NCBI GenBank assembly: GCA_964638485.1
Contig: CAZWYX010000003.1
Span: 1 to 37,523 of the forward strand
Length of the DNA stretch: 37,523 nt
Direction: 5' to 3'
Source: an uncultured Planctomycetales bacterium
GTDB taxonomy: Bacteria; Omnitrophota; Gorgyraeia; Aquiviventales; CAZWYX01
How positions within the stretch are numbered: position 1 is the stretch's first letter; the number at the start of each line of letters is the position of its first letter. The position numbers and the translations under genes were made by a program. The notes under the pieces were generated by a model. It saw only the letters and a list, made by a program, of their open reading frames with translations, ran no database searches and was not told the origin of the DNA. Below are positions 17,597 through 25,059 of this stretch, in pieces.

Positions 17597-17638
17597 TTCA
17601 CGCGATCACTTTCAACTGTACACTTTACACTGTTCACT
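17597..17638. repeat. six tandem imperfect heptamers (plus-strand TNTNCAC, minus-strand GTGNANA)
   Basis: TTTCACG CGATCAC TTTCAAC TGTACAC TTTACAC TGTTCAC. It lies 11 nt downstream of the tRNA 3' end and upstream of the CxxC gene. Confidence 0.6.
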
Positions 17639-17648
17639 GCCACTACAA

Positions 17649-17944
17649 CTCCCCGGCCAGGACTCGAACCTGGGACCTAGTGGTTACAGGGTGCCCTCGC
17701 GTTTCCGCGAGGCCTGGACTATCTCTTCACCCTCGACTTCACGTTAGGGTGGCGGGTGCATAGTCTCTGCACGTTCCCCCCGACACACCGTATCGAGGGA
17801 CTCCGCTCAGGATTACCATGTCCGCGCTGGACTAGGCGCGAACGAAGGCTCCCCTGAATTCTCCCGCTGTGTCAATCTGCCTTTCGGCAGAAAGCTGCGC
17901 TTAAAAAGCACAGCCACCCGCTCTACCAACTGAGCTACCGGGGA
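17649..17944 (-). tRNA. tRNA-Asn(GUU) interrupted by a group I intron (exons 17910-17944 and 17649-17686)
   Basis: Joined exons give a 73-nt cloverleaf: TCCCCGG TA GCTC AGTTGGTA GAGC G GGTGG CTGTTAA CCACT AGGTC CCAGG TTCGAGT CCTGG CCGGGGA G. All stems pair, with one G-U. GG is in the D-loop and TTCGA in the T-loop. The U1-A72 pair, G73 discriminator and CUGUUAA loop match bacterial tRNA-Asn. CCA is not encoded. Confidence 0.85.
17687..17909 (-). ncRNA. group I intron, 223 nt, no ORF, inserted between anticodon positions U35 and U36
   Basis: The 5' exon ends in U and the intron ends in G. Hand-built fold in intron numbering: P1 exon GGCUGU+GC with GCGCAGCU (U-G at the splice site); P2 UCUGCC-GAAA-GGCAGA; P3 GCGGG(43-47)/CCCGC(154-158); P4 UUCAGG(52-57)/CCUGAG(99-104); P5a 8-bp GUUCGCGC/GCGCGGAC; P6 hairpin 110-134; P7 G-A(bulge)-GACUA/UAGUCC; J8/7 AAGAGA; P8 CACCCU/AGGGUG; P9 CCUCGCG-GAAA-CGCGAGG. 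The core strings GGACAUGGUAAU, CAGAGACUA and AAGAGAUAGUCC resemble the Tetrahymena and Azoarcus cores. Confidence 0.8.
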
Positions 17945-17964
17945 ATACCTCTGTCAAGGAACAA

Positions 17965-18561
17965 TTACAGGGGGTGTCGCCCTGCCAACGCCCTGGTTAA
18001 CGTCGCTTGATCGGTGTATTCAACATTCGAGCCAACGGGAATACCCGCGGCGAGGCGGCTGACGGTGATACCGCGTGCCTTCAAGAGTTCCCCCACGTGG
18101 AGAGCGGTCGCTTCGCCTTCCTGATCGTGGTCGGTGGCCAGAATCACCTCGCTCACCGACTGCTGCTCTACCCGCCTCAATAACTCAGGAATCTTGAGCT
18201 GTGCGGCTGAGACACCGTCCAGCGGCGCAATCGCGCCCCACAACACGTGGTAGATACCATGAAACGCGCCGGTCTTCTCGATCGCCAAGAGATCCTTCGG
18301 CTCTTCGACGATGCAGAGTAGATGCTGATCGCGCTGCGGATCACGACAAATCGCACAGAGCTCTCCATCGCTCAAGCCCAGACACACGCGGCACGGTCGC
18401 ACCGTGCGTATGAACTCCTGAATCGCCTGCGTCAACTGCTGCGCTTCCTCTGGTGCAGACTTCAACAGATGAAACGCGATGCGCTCGGCGCTGCGCGGGC
18501 CAATGCCAGGCAGGCGCGTGAGGCACTCAATCAATCGTCCCAGTGGTGCGAGCCGTGTCAT
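17965..18561 (-). CDS. recR: recombination protein RecR
   Basis: LPGIGPRSAERIAF (HhH), the C4 zinc finger CRVCLGLSDGELCAIC and a Toprim domain. Confidence 0.92.
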   Translation of the reverse strand: MTRLAPLGRLIECLTRLPGIGPRSAERIAFHLLKSAPEEAQQLTQAIQEFIRTVRPCRVCLGLSDGELCAICRDPQRDQHLLCIVEEPKDLLAIEKTGAFHGIYHVLWGAIAPLDGVSAAQLKIPELLRRVEQQSVSEVILATDHDQEGEATALHVGELLKARGITVSRLAAGIPVGSNVEYTDQATLTRALAGRHPL

Positions 18562-18573
18562 TGCACGCGCACG

Positions 18574-20241
18574 TTAGAGATGACCCTCGACGACTTTCGC
18601 ATCGAACATCTTGAGGGCCGACTGGATAATATCCGTCGGTGGTTCCGGATGTGGCGGTGTTGGGGGTGGGACCTCCGCCACTGCGATGGGACGGAACATG
18701 ACGGCCACGCGTGGGAGGTGCAGTGTCTCTGCCATGGCACGTTCAACGCGCTGACGATTGGCGGCCGACTCGAGGAGCTCTCGATGTAACGCCACATCCG
18801 GCACACCAACCACCACGCGCTCACCCACGACTTCCAGCGGCCTCCCGCTCGACAAACATGCCGCGATGGACATCCGCGACTGACCCACGTGATCCACGAT
18901 AGCGCTCCACTGCCGCTGGATCTCTTCCAAGATGAGCGTTGGATGAGGCGTCGCTGGCGGTGAATCGGCCACCGGTATCTCGGCGTGTGTTCCTGTGGAA
19001 GCTGCGGGAGTCTTCACTGCCGATGTGGCAGCGACGTTTGCCGTCGAGGGCGATGGTCCATCGAGCGCTGCCCCCTTGCCGTCCGATGCCAGCAATGTCT
19101 GGAGGGTCGTAAAATCGGCCCGCGTGGCCAGTTTGACGAGCATCAGTTCCCAATGGATCCGCCCCTGCTGACTGCGCTTAATCGTCTCGTGGGTTCGCGC
19201 CAGCAGTTGCACGACGTAGAGCCACTCGGACGCGGTAGCCGACTGACTGTGGGTCACATACGTGTGCAGCACTTCCCGTGGCATCTCAATCAACCGCTCC
19301 AGGACGGCCCACTGAGGCGATGGTGGAGAGGCCGAGCCGTCGGGCACTAGTGAGCGCGCCAGCAAGAGATGATGCGCGGTCTCCACCAACCCTTGGCTGA
19401 GCTGTGTCACATCTTTACCTCGTCCGATCAGCGCATCCACGAGCCGTAATGCTGTCGCTGCCTCGCGAGCCATCACCGCCGTGATGATACGCAGCAAGGC
19501 CTCCTCCTCGACGAGGCCGAGCAGCTCAGTCACCACCGGTGTGGTAATGGTGCCCCCATGAAAACTCCGCAGCTGATCGAGCATGGATTCCGCATCGCGC
19601 AGACTCCCATCGGCGGCTTTCGCAACGGCAAAGAGGGCGGCCTCCTCAATGGGAATCTGTTCCGTCTGGGCGATGCGCTGCAGGGCTGTCACGATGGTCC
19701 GGACCGGCACGCGCTGAAAATCAAACCGCTGACAGCGTGACAGGATCGTCGGCAGCACCTTCTGCGGTTGCGTCGTCGCGAAGATAAACCGCACGTGGGC
19801 CGGCGGTTCCTCCAGGGTCTTCAACAGCGCATTGAAACCATCCGGTGTAATCTGATGCACTTCATCAATGATGTAGACTTTGAACCGCCCATGGCTCGGA
19901 CTGTACTTGACGTTCTCACGGAGTTCGCGAATCTGATCAATCCCGCGGTTGGAGGCGCCGTCAATTTCGAGGACATCGAGGCTGCTGCCTTGCGTGATCG
20001 CCACACAACTCACACATCGTTGACAGGGCGCCGTTGTCGGCCCCTGTTCGCAGTTGAGGCACTTCGCGAGAATGCGTGCCGTTGACGTCTTGCCCACACC
20101 ACGCGGTCCGGCGAAGAGATAGGCGGGGGCAACGCGCTGTTGGGTAATTGCATTCGCCAGCGTCGTCGTCACCACCTCTTGACCGACCACATCAGCAAAC
20201 GACTGCGGACGCCATTTGCGGGCTAAGGGCAGATACGACAT
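18574..20241 (-). CDS. dnaX: DNA polymerase III subunit gamma/tau
   Basis: LARKWRPQSFADVVGQE, Walker A GPRGVGKTS, the zinc module CLNCEQGPTTAPCQRCVSC and the SRCQRF sensor. Confidence 0.92.
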   Translation of the reverse strand: MSYLPLARKWRPQSFADVVGQEVVTTTLANAITQQRVAPAYLFAGPRGVGKTSTARILAKCLNCEQGPTTAPCQRCVSCVAITQGSSLDVLEIDGASNRGIDQIRELRENVKYSPSHGRFKVYIIDEVHQITPDGFNALLKTLEEPPAHVRFIFATTQPQKVLPTILSRCQRFDFQRVPVRTIVTALQRIAQTEQIPIEEAALFAVAKAADGSLRDAESMLDQLRSFHGGTITTPVVTELLGLVEEEALLRIITAVMAREAATALRLVDALIGRGKDVTQLSQGLVETAHHLLLARSLVPDGSASPPSPQWAVLERLIEMPREVLHTYVTHSQSATASEWLYVVQLLARTHETIKRSQQGRIHWELMLVKLATRADFTTLQTLLASDGKGAALDGPSPSTANVAATSAVKTPAASTGTHAEIPVADSPPATPHPTLILEEIQRQWSAIVDHVGQSRMSIAACLSSGRPLEVVGERVVVGVPDVALHRELLESAANRQRVERAMAETLHLPRVAVMFRPIAVAEVPPPTPPHPEPPTDIIQSALKMFDAKVVEGHL

Positions 20242-21183
20242 CTATCCTCCACCTGAGGTCACCAGCATGGCTTCCAACTGGGCGTACTCACTCGGTTCAT
20301 TGAGTGTCGCTGCCTGAACTGCCGGCTGGATCCGTTTCAACAGTCCCGAGAGCACTTTCCCCGGAGCGCACTCGATGAAATGCGTCACGCCGCGCTCGAT
20401 GAGGCGTTGCATCGAGTCCGCCCACAGCGTCGGGCTCGTCAGTTGCGCGACTAAATTCCGTCGGAGCTGCATCGGTTCGGTCGTCAGGTGCGCGGTGACG
20501 TTGCTGACGAGAGGAACGGTGAGCGGCTTGATCTCCACGCGACGCAACGCCTCTTCCATCTGCCGTGCGGCAGGTTCCATGAGGGCAGAGTGAAACGCGC
20601 CGCTCACGTCGAGCCGGATGATGCGCTTCGCCCCTGCCGTTTTCGCCAGTCCCTCAACCGCTGTAATCGCCTCCAGCGCCCCTGAGACGACGATCTGGCC
20701 TGGACTGTTGAGGTTCGCCACTTCCGCGCCGCTCTCGCGACAGAGGCGCTCGATCTCCTCACGTGACAACCCAAACACGGCTGTCATCGTACCCTGTGTC
20801 TTCTGCGCGGCTTCCTCCATCGCCTCGCCGCGCACGCGGACGAGCTGGAGGCCTTCTTCAAACGACCACGCACCGGCTGCGGTGAGTGCTGCGTACTCAC
20901 CCAGACTCAGGCCCGCCACCGCCGTCGGTGTGCGCCACGCACGCTGCTCCACGAGGACGCGCCACGAGGCGATTGCGGTCACGTAGATCGCGGGCTGACA
21001 CTGGTCGGTGCGCTTCAACTCCTCGGGATCTCCCTCGAAACAGAGGGCGGCGAGATCCGAGCCGAGGACACGATTGGCGGTGCGATACGTGTCTTTCGCC
21101 ATCGCACAGGTGTCGTACAACGCCTTGCCCATCCCCACGTACTGCGCGCCCTGCCCAGGGAAGAGGAACGCGTATTTCATCAC
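20242..21183 (-). CDS. fabD: malonyl CoA-ACP transacylase
   Basis: FPGQGAQYVGMG and the active-site motif GLSLGEY. Confidence 0.9.
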   Translation of the reverse strand: MMKYAFLFPGQGAQYVGMGKALYDTCAMAKDTYRTANRVLGSDLAALCFEGDPEELKRTDQCQPAIYVTAIASWRVLVEQRAWRTPTAVAGLSLGEYAALTAAGAWSFEEGLQLVRVRGEAMEEAAQKTQGTMTAVFGLSREEIERLCRESGAEVANLNSPGQIVVSGALEAITAVEGLAKTAGAKRIIRLDVSGAFHSALMEPAARQMEEALRRVEIKPLTVPLVSNVTAHLTTEPMQLRRNLVAQLTSPTLWADSMQRLIERGVTHFIECAPGKVLSGLLKRIQPAVQAATLNEPSEYAQLEAMLVTSGGG

Positions 21184-21229
21184 GGTACCGCCCGTAACCA
21201 GTCACCAGCGCACCACGAACCGATCGTTC

Positions 21230-21257
21230 GGGTGACGGTTCGCGGGTGACGGTGCGC
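21230..21257. repeat. tandem 14-mer pair GGGTGACGGTTCGC / GGGTGACGGTGCGC in the fabH-fabD spacer
   Basis: Read directly from the sequence. It is embedded in a larger inverted repeat: CAGCGCACC (21205-21213) with GGTGCGCTG (21250-21258), and GTAACC with GGTTAC. Confidence 0.75.
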
Positions 21258-21262
21258 TGCGG

Positions 21263-22240
21263 TTACCATTCGAGAATGCACGAGCCCCAGGTGAGGCCGC
21301 TGCCGAACGTGATGATGAGCACTTTGTCGCCGCGGTTCACGCGTCCTTGCTTGACGGCTTCGTAGAGGGCAATAATCGTCGAGGCAGCCGAGACATTGCC
21401 ATACCGGTCCACGTTCACAAACAACTGGTCACGACCAAGCTGCAACCGTTTGGCCACCGCATCAATAATGCGGCTGTTGGCTTGGTGCGGAATGACACAG
21501 GCGATATCCTTGATGGTGAGCTTGGCTTGCTGTAATGCGGTTTGCGCCGCTTCCACCATGCGACGCACCGCCCACTTGAAGACTTCATTACCCTTCATCT
21601 TGAGGGTGTGCAAGTGTTGATCCACCGACTCGTGGGTGGCTGGTATGCGCGAGCCGCCGGCGGGAATTTCGAGCAGATCACCGCACGAACCATCGGACCC
21701 CACATAGTGCGCCAATATCCCACCACGCGACACGGTGCCGACGACGGCGGCCCCTGCCCCATCACCGAAGAGGACGCACGTGGAGCGATCGGTCCAATCA
21801 ATCATGGAGGAGAGCACTTCTGCCGCGATGACGAGCACATGGCGATACATGCCGGACTTCACGAAGCCGTGCGCGATGCCGAGGCCATACACAAAGCCAG
21901 AGCAGGCCGCCAGCACATCAAACGCAGCCGCCTTCGTGGTACCAATGTTCTTCTGAACCATGGAGGCGGTGGAGGGGCAGATCATGTCCGGGCTGGTCGT
22001 CGCCACAATCACCAATTCTACCTCACGTGGATCAAGCTGCGCGTCGCGCAACGCTTCCAGCGCGGCCTGCGTCCCCAACGCACTCGAGGGCGTACCCTTC
22101 GGGGCAATGCGTCGCTCGCGGATGCCGGTGCGCGCGCGAATCCACTCGTCGGATGTCTCGACGATCCGCTCGAGATCCGCGTTCGTCATGATCCGTTCGG
22201 GAATCGCTACCCCTAAGCCGCGAAGTCCGACGCGGTTCAT
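21263..22240 (-). CDS. fabH: 3-oxoacyl-ACP synthase III
   Basis: Active-site motifs AACSGF, HQANSRI and GNVSAAS. Confidence 0.92.
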   Translation of the reverse strand: MNRVGLRGLGVAIPERIMTNADLERIVETSDEWIRARTGIRERRIAPKGTPSSALGTQAALEALRDAQLDPREVELVIVATTSPDMICPSTASMVQKNIGTTKAAAFDVLAACSGFVYGLGIAHGFVKSGMYRHVLVIAAEVLSSMIDWTDRSTCVLFGDGAGAAVVGTVSRGGILAHYVGSDGSCGDLLEIPAGGSRIPATHESVDQHLHTLKMKGNEVFKWAVRRMVEAAQTALQQAKLTIKDIACVIPHQANSRIIDAVAKRLQLGRDQLFVNVDRYGNVSAASTIIALYEAVKQGRVNRGDKVLIITFGSGLTWGSCILEW

Positions 22241-23271
22241 GCGTGGTGACTCTCACTGCCCCGGAGTGACGTCGTACTGCGTCGAATGCTCTCGATGATG
22301 TGGCGGTTTAAGTCGTGCTCGACGAACTCGGCAGCCACGCGGATCGCATTTTTGATCGCTTTCGCTGAGGAGGACCCGTGGCAGATGATACAGGCCCCTG
22401 CGACACCGAGGAGGGGTGCCCCGCCATACTCCGCGTAGTCCAGTTCTTGCCGCAAGGCGGAAAACGCGGGTTGCGATAGCCACGCGCCGAGGCGTGTCAA
22501 GAGATTGCGCGTCAACTCCCGACGCAGAATCCGACTGATGGTCTGGGCGAGCGCCTCGGAGGCCTTCAGGGCCACGTTACCGACGAAACCGTCGCAGACG
22601 ATCACATTGACTTCTCCATCGAAGAGATCGCGGCCCTCGACGTTGCCGGTAAATTGAATCCCGGGCGTGTGCTCGAGCAAGGTGTAGGCCTCGCGCAACA
22701 CATCCGTCCCTTTCGACTCTTCTTCCCCGACGTTGAGGAGGCCGACACGGGGCTGCGCGCAGCCCAGCACGTGCTGACTGTAGGATGCGCCCATCAGCGC
22801 ATACTGCTGCAAGTGCTCCGGCTTGGGGTCAATGTTCGCGCCAGCATCAATCAGCAACGTCACCCCATGGAGGGTGGGCAACAGAATCGCAATGCCGGGA
22901 CGTTCCACCCCCTCGAGGAGGCCGAGGCGCCACGTCGCGGCGACGACCGACGCACCGGTGTTCCCCGCCGTCACCAACGCGTCCGCCTGCCCCTCTTTGA
23001 CCAACTGCGCAGCCACGCTAACCGAGGCGTCACGTTTCTTACGCACGCTGGCGGCGGGCGCTTCATGCATCTCGATGACTTCCGCCGCGTGCTGCACGTG
23101 GAGGTTGGGGGGTCGTTGGGCATAGCGGTGCAGGGCTTCGGTCACGCGCGATTCGATGCCCACGAGGATGACGTCATGCGGCAGTTCACGCGCAGCACGC
23201 ACCGCGCCGGCCACGATCGAGCCCGGGGCATCATCCCCACCCATCGCGTCTACGGCAATGCGCAGTGGCAT
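22237..23271 (-). CDS. plsX: phosphate acyltransferase PlsX
   Basis: Trimmed to ATG 23271 (MPLRIAVDAMGGDDAPG). It overlaps the fabH start by 4 nt. Confidence 0.9.
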   Translation of the reverse strand: MPLRIAVDAMGGDDAPGSIVAGAVRAARELPHDVILVGIESRVTEALHRYAQRPPNLHVQHAAEVIEMHEAPAASVRKKRDASVSVAAQLVKEGQADALVTAGNTGASVVAATWRLGLLEGVERPGIAILLPTLHGVTLLIDAGANIDPKPEHLQQYALMGASYSQHVLGCAQPRVGLLNVGEEESKGTDVLREAYTLLEHTPGIQFTGNVEGRDLFDGEVNVIVCDGFVGNVALKASEALAQTISRILRRELTRNLLTRLGAWLSQPAFSALRQELDYAEYGGAPLLGVAGACIICHGSSSAKAIKNAIRVAAEFVEHDLNRHIIESIRRSTTSLRGSESHHA

Positions 23272-23296
23272 GGCTGCTCGGCGTGTGTCCGTGCAG

Positions 23297-23503
23297 TTAG
23301 CGTGCCGATGACTGATCGTCCTTGCTGCTGGCGATGCTGAGCACGGCTCGCCCACGGTAGTAGCCGCACTGGGGGCAGACGCGATGCGGCAGCCGCAAGG
23401 TGCCGCACTGCGGGCAGGTCCCCAACATCGGTGGGATCAGTCGCTGCTGGGCACGACGGATATCCCGCCGGGCCTGCGAATGACGTCGTTTAGGATTCGC
23501 CAC
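23297..23503 (-). CDS. rpmF: 50S ribosomal protein L32
   Basis: MANPKRRHS followed by CPQCG...CPQCG. Confidence 0.9.
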   Translation of the reverse strand: MANPKRRHSQARRDIRRAQQRLIPPMLGTCPQCGTLRLPHRVCPQCGYYRGRAVLSIASSKDDQSSAR

Positions 23504-23927
23504 GGGCTCCCTCGCTCCTGGTGACGTGGTGCGTGCACTCGCTCTCGTTCAAGTTGTGCCCACAGTGGGCACACAGACCTCGACAGGCCGCCTGGCAAAC
23601 GGGGATCATCGGATACTCCAACAGGATCTCTTGCCGGATATCATCGGTAACATCCACCACTACCCGCGCGCGCACATCGTAGTGGAACGCGCAGTCCTTC
23701 GTGATGACGTGCTCAAAACCCACGAGACACCGCGCACACGTGCACGCCAGGACACAGCGGAGGGAGGCCTGCACGAAGAGCTCATCCTCTGTGGTGGTGA
23801 TACGCGCTGCCATGTGAATCGGGACCGTGGGCCGCGCATCGTCCCGTCCCGTGTCGAACACCTTGGGTGCATACGTGGTCGCGATGGCCAAGCCTTCGGC
23901 GGGGACACGGTTGACGTAAATTTTCAC
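23490..23927 (-). CDS. yceD: YceD / DUF177 family protein
   Basis: Conserved position upstream of rpmF, and the C-terminal motif CQAACRGLCAHCGHNLNESEC. Confidence 0.85.
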   Translation of the reverse strand: MKIYVNRVPAEGLAIATTYAPKVFDTGRDDARPTVPIHMAARITTTEDELFVQASLRCVLACTCARCLVGFEHVITKDCAFHYDVRARVVVDVTDDIRQEILLEYPMIPVCQAACRGLCAHCGHNLNESECTHHVTRSEGARGES

Positions 23928-24445
23928 CCCACCACCTGTCGGCGGATTGCTGTCCGCGACCGCGCGCTCAGCGCCCGCGCCACCAACGGCGGGACCAAGG
24001 CCGAGACGTCAGCACCCAAGGCGGCGGCTTCTTTGATGAGCCGCGAGGAGAGGTAGGTGTAGCGTTCGGAGGGCATGAGGTACACCGTCTCGATGCGCGG
24101 GTTCAGCTTCCGATTCGTCAGCGCGAGTTGAAATTCATATTCAAAATCCGACACCATCCGCACCCCCCGCATGATGACCGAGAGCTGGTGCGCCTGCGCG
24201 TATTTGACGGCTAACGTGGTCAACGGCTCCACCGTCACGCGACGCAAGGTCTGGGTCGCCCGTTGCACCATCGCCACGCGCTCCTCCAGCGCAAACAGGG
24301 CGCGCTTGTCCGGATTCTGTGCGACCGCCACCACCACGCCGGGGAACACCTTCAGCGCCCGGCGAATCAAGTCCAGGTGACCGTAGGTGATGGGATCGAA
24401 ACTCCCGGGATACATCGCCCACCCTGTGCGCGTCACAGGGCTCAT
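23924..24445 (-). CDS. coaD: phosphopantetheine adenylyltransferase
   Basis: YPGSFDPITYGHLDLI. The start is uncertain: GTG 24493 (GTGA overlap with the rsmD stop), ATG 24445 or ATG 24415. Confidence 0.85.
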   Translation of the reverse strand: MSPVTRTGWAMYPGSFDPITYGHLDLIRRALKVFPGVVVAVAQNPDKRALFALEERVAMVQRATQTLRRVTVEPLTTLAVKYAQAHQLSVIMRGVRMVSDFEYEFQLALTNRKLNPRIETVYLMPSERYTYLSSRLIKEAAALGADVSALVPPLVARALSARSRTAIRRQVVG

Positions 24446-24489
24446 TGGTCGCGCTGATGCTGTCGTTCGCATCCTTCGATTCCTGGGAA

Positions 24490-25059
24490 TCACTCTCTCG
24501 TGCGAGGCCGCAAGCAGGTGAGTCGCGTATCTCCGTAGCGGTAACTTGTGCTTACCTCAAGCTGTCCAAGGAGTTGCGGAAACTCCGTAGCCTGGTGGTG
24601 CTCGACCACCACCCAGCCTGTAGAGACGAGTATAGCAGAGGCCTCAAGGGTATGCAACACCCTTTTCAGCAAGGAGATATCTCGATACGGCGGGTCCAGA
24701 AAGATGAGGTCAAACACGGCCCTGTCCCGGGCGAGACGCTTGAGGGCTGGCACCGCCTCGTACGGCAGGAGGTGGAAATGGGGTTGTCTGCTCCACGCAG
24801 GGATCAGTCGTTCCAGATTGGCGCGGAGCACGCGTACGCACACTGGCTGGGATTCGATCCATGTCACCGCCTGCGCTCCTCGGGAGCAGGCCTCCAAGCC
24901 CACCGCGCCACTCCCGGCGCACACCTCCAGCACCCGCGCGCCGCGGATGGTCTCGCCGAGGATGTTAAACAGGGCCGCGCGGACTTTATCCGAGGTCGCC
25001 CGAATCGTGCGTGGGCACTTGAGGAGTTGACCTTTCCACTGCCCAGCGAGGATGCGCAT
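24490..25059 (-). CDS. rsmD: 16S rRNA (guanine966-N2)-methyltransferase RsmD
   Basis: SDKVRAALFNIL, a SAM-binding loop and IFLDPPY. Confidence 0.88.
   Translation of the reverse strand: MRILAGQWKGQLLKCPRTIRATSDKVRAALFNILGETIRGARVLEVCAGSGAVGLEACSRGAQAVTWIESQPVCVRVLRANLERLIPAWSRQPHFHLLPYEAVPALKRLARDRAVFDLIFLDPPYRDISLLKRVLHTLEASAILVSTGWVVVEHHQATEFPQLLGQLEVSTSYRYGDTRLTCLRPRTRE

Noticed and set aside
17687-17909. Homing endonuclease ORF inside the intron, or alternative GACACA/UGUGUC long-range pairing as P3
   Set aside because: The intron is too short and has no ORF. The UGUGUC segment is better explained as the 3' arm of an 11-bp P6 hairpin, and GCGGG/CCCGC fits the canonical P3 position between P7 and P8.
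17600-18000. Genomic-island integration at the tRNA gene
   Set aside because: There is no integrase, no duplicated tRNA 3' end (att-like direct repeat) and no compositional shift in the flanks. The insertion is internal to the tRNA and folds as a group I intron.
18574-20241. Programmed -1 frameshift site (A AAA AAG type) in dnaX
   Set aside because: I found no A-rich slippery heptamer when reading the gene, so there is no evidence for a frameshift-produced gamma subunit here.
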